This document shows positions 59,637-64,000 of a stretch of 64,000 nt of DNA, one piece after another. The translations under genes were made by a program, and so were the position numbers. Each line of letters begins with the position of its first letter. The stretch's first letter is position 1. The notes under the pieces are model-generated. The model did not search any database and had not been told where the DNA came from. It was given only the letters and a program-made list of their open reading frames with translations. The stretch is from a bacterium (GTDB taxonomy: Bacteria; UBA8248), in assembly GCA_965221165.1 (NCBI GenBank), contig CBDCRP010000002.1:896001-960000 (forward strand), read 5' to 3'.

Positions 59637-62606
59637 TCATGCCTTGCTGATTCGGCATAACAAACTCTTCATATTCGTTTGATCCGACACCGGATCGCGT
59701 TGCGCGATATCGGTCAGAAAATTCACCGACCGCCAGGGATGGTATGGCTGGCGCTCCCCCCAGCCGATGGGAACGTAAACAGAGTCCTCCCTTATCCCTG
59801 AATTCACCCAAGCCATCGCCTCGATGGCGCCGTGCGCGGTCTCCACCCGGACTTTCTCTCCATCTTCAATTCCCAATTCTTGCGCTTTTTGGGGATGTAT
59901 CTGGCAATAGAGGTCGGGCCACATCTCTTGCGCCTGCCAGAAATAATGGGTCCAGCTATGAAAATGCGGCGCAGGCGGCCGCCCAGTTATCAAAATCGTT
60001 TCAAAGCCTTTTCGGCGAAGCGTATCACCAGGGTTATCCTCTTCCGGCTGAACAATTCTGGCGGTGCGAGAACCCGTCGGCGCCTTGTTGAACGGAGAGA
60101 TAATTTCCAGATCATCATCTTCGTGACCATATTCGAGATAGGGCATCTGCAGCAGATTTTCCTTCTCGCTATAAAACTCCGGCAGCGCGGATAATCCCAC
60201 TTGCGAAAATTTTTCCTCCAACTCCTCCGTCCAGAACTCGAGCCGTCCGCTCGGCGTGGGAAAGCGCTTACCCTCGGGTTGCCCCGTGGCGGTCGTTCCT
60301 TCCAGATAAAGGGTTTCCTGCTCGGGAGCATCCTCGCTTGCGACGGGAAAGCGCACCCATCGGTAGGGAAGCGAGTGGAGTCTTTTTTGTGTTACTCCCC
60401 GCAAAAAATCATTGTCGATACACATCTCGTCCCAAAATTTCCCCGGATCCTTGTATTCTTCTTTCATGACGTCGCCGAACCCCAGGCGTTTCCCGAGTTC
60501 TATCCATATCCATCCATCGGGCTTCGCCTCCCCCGGCGGGTCGATCATCTTATCTATCCACACAAGCCTTCTGTCGTCATTCGTGCGGCCAAGCTCTCCC
60601 TTTTCAATGCCGCCCGCCGCAGGCAGCACATAATCCGCAAATGCGGAGGTTTCGTTTTGGAACAACTCGATATGGACGATGAGGTCGAGCGCCTTGAAGG
60701 CCGCGCGCGCTTCATCCTGGCCCGGCCATTGCGCCAGCGGATTGTTGCACGTGATGAGGCCTTTGATGGGGTATGGCTTTCCTTCCCGCATGGCGCTCAA
60801 CCAACCGGCCGGGCTTCTGCGAACCATCGGTTTTTGAATTTCCGCCCTCCTGTCTTCCGGCGCATTGGCGGCTATGGGCGGACCCGCCGTCATGTTCACG
60901 TAGGCTCCGCCCTTTCGTCCCCAATTCCCCGTTATGGCGGCCACGAACATCATCGCCCGGTTGGTTTGCACGGAATTGGTATGCTGATTTATCCCCCGGC
61001 TCCCAAAGATGACACAGCCATCCGCCCTGGCCACATCCTCAGCAAGCGCGCGAATCTCCTCTGCGGATATACCCGTGACGGCCTCCGCCCAATCGGGGGA
61101 ATATCCTTTGGAGAATATAAAATCGCGCCAGTGCTCCCAGCCCAGCACCCATTCATCGCAAAAACGCTGGTCGTGCATATTTTCAGAAAGAATGTGGTGC
61201 GCCATGGCGAGGCCAAGGGCCATGTCGGTGCCCGGGCGAATGCCCAGCCATTTGTCCGCCTTGCTCGCCGTTGCAGTGTACCTCGGGTCCACCACCACCA
61301 TCTTGGTTTTGTTTTTGATGCGCCAGTCATTCACCTTGCCGAAGTAGACTGGCCGTGTCTCGGCCTGGTTGTCCCCGACATAGAGATACATCTGGGCGCT
61401 GCCGATATCTTCGGGCGTATAGCTGTTCCCGTTTCCATTGATCCCGTGCGTCACCTCGTAGGCGACCACCTTGCCCGCCGCGCAAAACGGGTCCGTCCCC
61501 TGGAGATTGGGGGTCCCCCACATCTGGCTGAACAACCGCACATACCCTTTTTGTGTAATCAAACCCGTGCGGGTCCCCACGAAAAGCGCCAACGCCTCCG
61601 GGCCCCATTGTTCTTTAAGAAGTCTAAGTTTCGCGGCGATCTCATCGAGCGCCTGGTTCCAACTGATGCGCTCAAACTCGCCTTCACCCCGGGCACCGAC
61701 CCGTTTGAGAGGATATTGCAGGCGATGCTCATTGTGATGCATCTGAAGCGTAAACTGCGCTTTCGGACAAAGTTTTCCGTTCAGGACGGGGTCCTCGTCG
61801 TTTCCCGTCACGTTGATGAGTCGGTCCCCTTGAAAATGAAACTTGGCGCTACAGCAGTTGAAACAAAAATTGCACCCCCCGGGCACGACGCGGTCCGCCT
61901 TTAGCGTCTTTTTGTCGTGCAGGTAGGGAAAGTCGGGCCCTTTTTGCTCAAATACGTCATTCGCTCCGGGTGAATCCACAAAACGAGGCCGACTCGGACT
62001 TTCGTATAAACGTGAGACACCTTCTTGCTTCGCGCGGCCATTTTCTCTTTCGATTTTTTCAAGATAAACCGTTTGCGGTTTCAGGAGGAAATGATCGTGA
62101 TCGCGAGGATGGCGACCCTCTTCGTTCGCTTTTTCAAGAAGCGTCTCCCTTTCCCCAAAAGAGATAGCGAAGCCCGGGCAAATTTCAGCACACGCAGGCT
62201 CCAATCCCTTTTCCCGCCTGTCGGGGCACAAGTCGCATTTCACCGAATGATGCCCTTTGGCGTCATAGCCCATCGCGCTATAAGGACACGCCATGACGCA
62301 TTCCCCGCAACCCGTGCAAAGCGCTTCATCCACTTCCACTACGCCGGTATCGGGGTCTTTCGTTATCGCCTTGGGATGAACCGGACAGGCCCTCAGACAA
62401 GCGGGGCGCTCACAGTGCTGGCAAGTCAGCGTGAGGAAATCGGGCGCTCCCGTGGAAGCATCTCCCAGCCAGACCACCTTGTTTCGGTATTCACCGGGAC
62501 CCAGCCTGTGCTCCTGCTTACAAGCCGCCTCACAGCTTTTACAGCCAAAGCATCGCTCCAAATCTATCATCAAGGCTAGCTGACCCAAGACGCGCTCCTT
62601 GAACAC
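59637..62606 (-). CDS. Molybdopterin oxidoreductase with N-terminally fused 4Fe-4S dicluster subunit
   Basis: DmsB/NrfC-like Cys groups (CFGCKSCEAAC, CQHCERPAC, CTGCGECVMAC, CDLC) then CNFCFNCC...LCPK, PGTD, VLPAA and a C-terminal MGD-binding domain. Confidence 0.92.
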   Translation of the reverse strand: MFKERVLGQLALMIDLERCFGCKSCEAACKQEHRLGPGEYRNKVVWLGDASTGAPDFLTLTCQHCERPACLRACPVHPKAITKDPDTGVVEVDEALCTGCGECVMACPYSAMGYDAKGHHSVKCDLCPDRREKGLEPACAEICPGFAISFGERETLLEKANEEGRHPRDHDHFLLKPQTVYLEKIERENGRAKQEGVSRLYESPSRPRFVDSPGANDVFEQKGPDFPYLHDKKTLKADRVVPGGCNFCFNCCSAKFHFQGDRLINVTGNDEDPVLNGKLCPKAQFTLQMHHNEHRLQYPLKRVGARGEGEFERISWNQALDEIAAKLRLLKEQWGPEALALFVGTRTGLITQKGYVRLFSQMWGTPNLQGTDPFCAAGKVVAYEVTHGINGNGNSYTPEDIGSAQMYLYVGDNQAETRPVYFGKVNDWRIKNKTKMVVVDPRYTATASKADKWLGIRPGTDMALGLAMAHHILSENMHDQRFCDEWVLGWEHWRDFIFSKGYSPDWAEAVTGISAEEIRALAEDVARADGCVIFGSRGINQHTNSVQTNRAMMFVAAITGNWGRKGGAYVNMTAGPPIAANAPEDRRAEIQKPMVRRSPAGWLSAMREGKPYPIKGLITCNNPLAQWPGQDEARAAFKALDLIVHIELFQNETSAFADYVLPAAGGIEKGELGRTNDDRRLVWIDKMIDPPGEAKPDGWIWIELGKRLGFGDVMKEEYKDPGKFWDEMCIDNDFLRGVTQKRLHSLPYRWVRFPVASEDAPEQETLYLEGTTATGQPEGKRFPTPSGRLEFWTEELEEKFSQVGLSALPEFYSEKENLLQMPYLEYGHEDDDLEIISPFNKAPTGSRTARIVQPEEDNPGDTLRRKGFETILITGRPPAPHFHSWTHYFWQAQEMWPDLYCQIHPQKAQELGIEDGEKVRVETAHGAIEAMAWVNSGIREDSVYVPIGWGERQPYHPWRSVNFLTDIAQRDPVSDQTNMKSLLCRISKA

Positions 62607-62613
62607 ATGCGGA

Positions 62614-63387
62614 CTACCACTTCGTCAGATGCCACCAGTATATATCTCCCCCGCCAGAGACATAACCCGCGAAAAAAGTGACGGTGACGATATGCCCCAG
62701 CATACCGAGGATAAAGACAAACGCCAAAACGACGTGAATCAACCGCCAATATGCCTGCGCGGGGGATACGCCGGCGCGCATTCCCATCAATTTATTTTCA
62801 CGGCCAATCAGCCGGGCATAAGCGAGCGTTAGGCCAGGCCTGGAGAACCAATGCTTGAGTCTGGGAGAAAAAGTGCCCTCGTTCGCTCCCGGTTCGAGCC
62901 TGGATAAAAGGGATTCTTTCTCCTCGATGAGACGGGCCATGCGCTCTCGGTTATCCGAGCTCAACGGAGAGAAGGATTCATCTCTTGTAGCGAACGTGGC
63001 CGACATTCGTCTCGAGAGACGAAAACGCGCCCACACACCCAGAATCACCAGGGCAAAAAGCGCGACGAGCAGCAACGCCGGCGCATAGCGAAGAAACCCG
63101 GCCGAGTGAATGGTCACCAACACGCCGCCGAGGGTGGCCGTGACCACATGGGCCGAAAACCACCCAAGGGGAGAGCCGCCCACGCCTGTTCGTTTCGTAA
63201 TCACGAAAACCACGGAGACGCACAAGAGAACGGCCCCCGCAACGCCGAACAAATACAGCGTCGGGGAGCCCGGCAGGTGCCATTCGCGCGATAATTTGTG
63301 CTGAAACACGAAGAAGGTGACCAGAGCTACCGCCGCCACGAAGAGGAGATACGCAAGCAGCTTGTCGCCGATATCGAATCGTCTCAT
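62614..63387 (-). CDS. Integral membrane protein, possible b-type cytochrome/anchor subunit
   Basis: Several TM helices with paired His (SAHVV/IHSAG; LIHVV/GHIV); 7 bp upstream of the oxidoreductase. Confidence 0.65.
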   Translation of the reverse strand: MRRFDIGDKLLAYLLFVAAVALVTFFVFQHKLSREWHLPGSPTLYLFGVAGAVLLCVSVVFVITKRTGVGGSPLGWFSAHVVTATLGGVLVTIHSAGFLRYAPALLLVALFALVILGVWARFRLSRRMSATFATRDESFSPLSSDNRERMARLIEEKESLLSRLEPGANEGTFSPRLKHWFSRPGLTLAYARLIGRENKLMGMRAGVSPAQAYWRLIHVVLAFVFILGMLGHIVTVTFFAGYVSGGGDIYWWHLTKW

Positions 63388-63392
63388 GAAAA

Positions 63393-63872
63393 TCAGGGAA
63401 ATTCTATTTTTGCGACATCCACGATTTCAAAATTTCTCACGCCACCGGGTAACTGAACCGCCACTTCATCGCCCGGTTCTTTTTGCATGAGCCCGCGCGA
63501 AAGCGGCGCGCTGAAGGAGATAATTCCATTGGGGAGGTCACTTTCCTCCTCGCCCAATATCTTATAGGTAATCTCTTCATCCTTATCCAAGTCAAAAAGA
63601 GTGACCTGTGTGCCGATGGTGACCTTATCGCCGGAGATGGGGAGTTCTTCTATCACGCTCGCCTCACGAATCTTGTCCATAATCCGGCTCACCTCGTTCT
63701 TCAGGTTGCCCTGCAACTCAATGGCCGCCTCCCACTCGGCATTTTCGCTCAAATCACCCAAACTCGCCGCCTTGCCGATTTCTTTCGACACCTCATGCTT
63801 CAGGCGGTGCTGAATTTCCTCGACCTTATGCCTCAATCGCTCGAGCCTCGCTTTGGTGATGTAATACGGCAT
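63393..63872 (-). CDS. greA: Transcription elongation factor GreA
   Basis: GDLSENAEW, IS..APL.R.L, GDEV. Confidence 0.93.
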   Translation of the reverse strand: MPYYITKARLERLRHKVEEIQHRLKHEVSKEIGKAASLGDLSENAEWEAAIELQGNLKNEVSRIMDKIREASVIEELPISGDKVTIGTQVTLFDLDKDEEITYKILGEEESDLPNGIISFSAPLSRGLMQKEPGDEVAVQLPGGVRNFEIVDVAKIEFP

Positions 63873-63912
63873 CTCTTCCTCATCTACATGTGAAATAATC
63901 TAAGAATACGCC

Positions 63913-63999
63913 TCAGGCGTCTTTAGCTGTTTTTTCTTTCAGTTGTTCTCGAAAATCATACCCGGTATCTTCCACAAACGCTTCGATCAGGCGTTTCGT
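63913..63999 (-). CDS. 3' end of a gene truncated by the window edge
   Basis: Open frame TKRLIEAFVEDTGYDFREQLKEKTAKDA-stop. Confidence 0.45.
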   Translation of the reverse strand, partial: TKRLIEAFVEDTGYDFREQLKEKTAKDA

Positions 64000-64000
64000 G

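Noticed and set aside
60201-61904. 567-aa ORF antisense to the molybdopterin enzyme
   Set aside because: Shadow ORF with no recognisable domain

Overview
Bacterial chromosomal window, mostly GC-rich, with a lower-GC stretch at about 40-49 kb. The organism cannot be identified from the sequence alone. Housekeeping genes include gltBD with a divergent LysR, metF, sod, fumC, acnA, rlmN, tlyA-dxs-ispA-xseBA-folD, cysE-iscS-iscU, greA and two divergent tRNAs (Thr-CGT, Lys-TTT). Accessory or unusual content: (1) a SmaI-like type II restriction-modification pair beside a small orphan operon ending in an excisionase-like HTH gene; (2) an AhpD-like gene, only partly called by the ORF track, with an in-frame TGA in a CxxU motif and a SECIS-like hairpin (probable selenoprotein), second gene of an operon with four MaoC hydratases, an ADP-forming acyl-CoA ligase and an SDR; (3) three paralogous REP-associated tyrosine transposases (RAYTs) within about 8.6 kb, each carrying a 154-bp GTAG...CTAC REP doublet inside its coding sequence, plus a free copy of that element with its two ends swapped; (4) a SelA/DgaE-like PLP enzyme that appears to start at ATT; (5) a frameshifted 3-hydroxyisobutyrate-dehydrogenase-family gene; (6) small coiled-coil proteins built from tandem repeats; (7) a molybdo/tungstopterin oxidoreductase with an N-terminally fused Fe-S subunit and a small His-containing membrane partner. 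Family calls rest on motifs recognised by eye; no database search was run.
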